The notes under the pieces: generated by a model
The model's database searches: none
Told to the model about the DNA's origin: nothing
Seen by the model: only the letters and a program-made list of their open reading frames with translations
Assembly (NCBI GenBank): GCA_977016875.1
Contig: CDRNST010000020.1
Location: 5,828,001 to 5,892,000 of the forward strand
Origin: Pavona decussata
Lineage: Eukaryota
Direction of reading: 5' to 3'
Length of the DNA: 64,000 bases
Position numbers and translations under genes: made by a program
Shown: positions 63,601 through 64,000 of the stretch, piece after piece
Position numbering within the stretch: the first letter of the stretch is position 1
Layout of the letters: each line of letters opens with the position of its first letter

Positions 63601-63986
63601 GCATCCAAGTACTTTCCGATGAGGAATCTTAACCATGTAATCAGTTGCTGATGCTCTGCTGTTCATCAAAGACAAAACAGTCACGTGACTTTTTTTTATA
63701 TTCAAAGGCACTATATTATGCGCTCTAATGATAGAAAGTAAGTAACTTAACAGAAAAGCCAACGAAACGCCAAGAATTCAGTATTTTACATCAGCCTTAC
63801 TTCCATGTTAAAAGGCTTTACGTGCCATTTTTCTGACATGCGCAACACGTGGCTCTGGGTGTTAATTTGGGATGGCTCCATATCAGAAAATGTTTGTCTC
63901 ATAGAGGTTAGTAACCCTGCCAAGTTTCATGCTTTTTTCATGAAACGAACAATTGAACCATTTTTTGGTCGTTAGCAGCTGGACTA
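60635..63986. mobile_element. Academ DNA transposon, internally deleted
   Basis: About 370-bp TIRs starting TAGTCCAGCTGCTAA.GACC; TGT TSD at 60632-60634 and 63987-63989. Plus-strand transposase relics at about 62115-63110 (FFSCDK, IAFAELI, GLCISCDR..IANSVCTQFEKNGVACP, GLFTTA). Confidence 0.88.
61322..62112 (-). mobile_element. RTE-clade LINE fragment inside Academ
   Basis: FLFITVLDYVL, DLDFVDDIA, DDFKYLG and QFTGHCQR; (ATG)n tail at 61325-61345. Confidence 0.85.
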
Positions 63987-64000
63987 TGTTCAGTTCATAG

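Larger units (their letters stand above)
57847..64000 (-). mobile_element. Ty3/Gypsy LTR retrotransposon (pol and 3' LTR), integrase core deleted, interrupted by Academ
   Basis: ORF 58836-60590 encodes the end of protease, RT (PWVSNLV, FAKIDAKSGF, SIDDVII) and RNase H (TDASPVGLG, YSQIEREALG, TDNKPL). Integrase C-terminus at 58385-58830. The frame resumes at 63987-64000. Confidence 0.93.

Overview
This is AT-rich eukaryotic animal DNA with GT-AG introns. The repeat repertoire suggests a cnidarian, probably a stony coral, but that is inference. The window is a dense graveyard of nested transposable elements. I found no intact host gene, rRNA, tRNA or CRISPR array, and there is a 560-bp N gap at 44922-45481. 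Elements with both ends and a target-site duplication (TSD) visible: an ISL2EU element (8428-12819, AT TSD), a CACTA-like non-autonomous element (30412-31671, TGT TSD), a two-gene DD37E IS630/Tc1 element (39948-43209, TA TSD), a Harbinger/Pangu-type element (46655-49547, ATT TSD), an Academ element (60635-63986, TGT TSD) and three MITEs. Retroelement relics include Gypsy, BEL/Pao, DIRS/Ngaro, L2, RTE, CRE, R2 and Penelope. Highlights: (i) the DD37E element carries a second gene with PB1-like, zinc-knuckle and UIM-like motifs; (ii) it interrupts a long multidomain Zator-like transposase (OTU-like, DDE, 2xSAP, Tudor-like) that can be rebuilt; (iii) repeated PIF1 helicase genes with no Helitron Rep domain sit beside DDD/E transposases; (iv) two minimal hammerhead ribozymes lie at Penelope 3' ends, one with a U3-A8 core variant; (v) an R2-like fragment is fused into the catalytic loop of a kinase. 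All family assignments come from manual motif recognition; no database searches were run.
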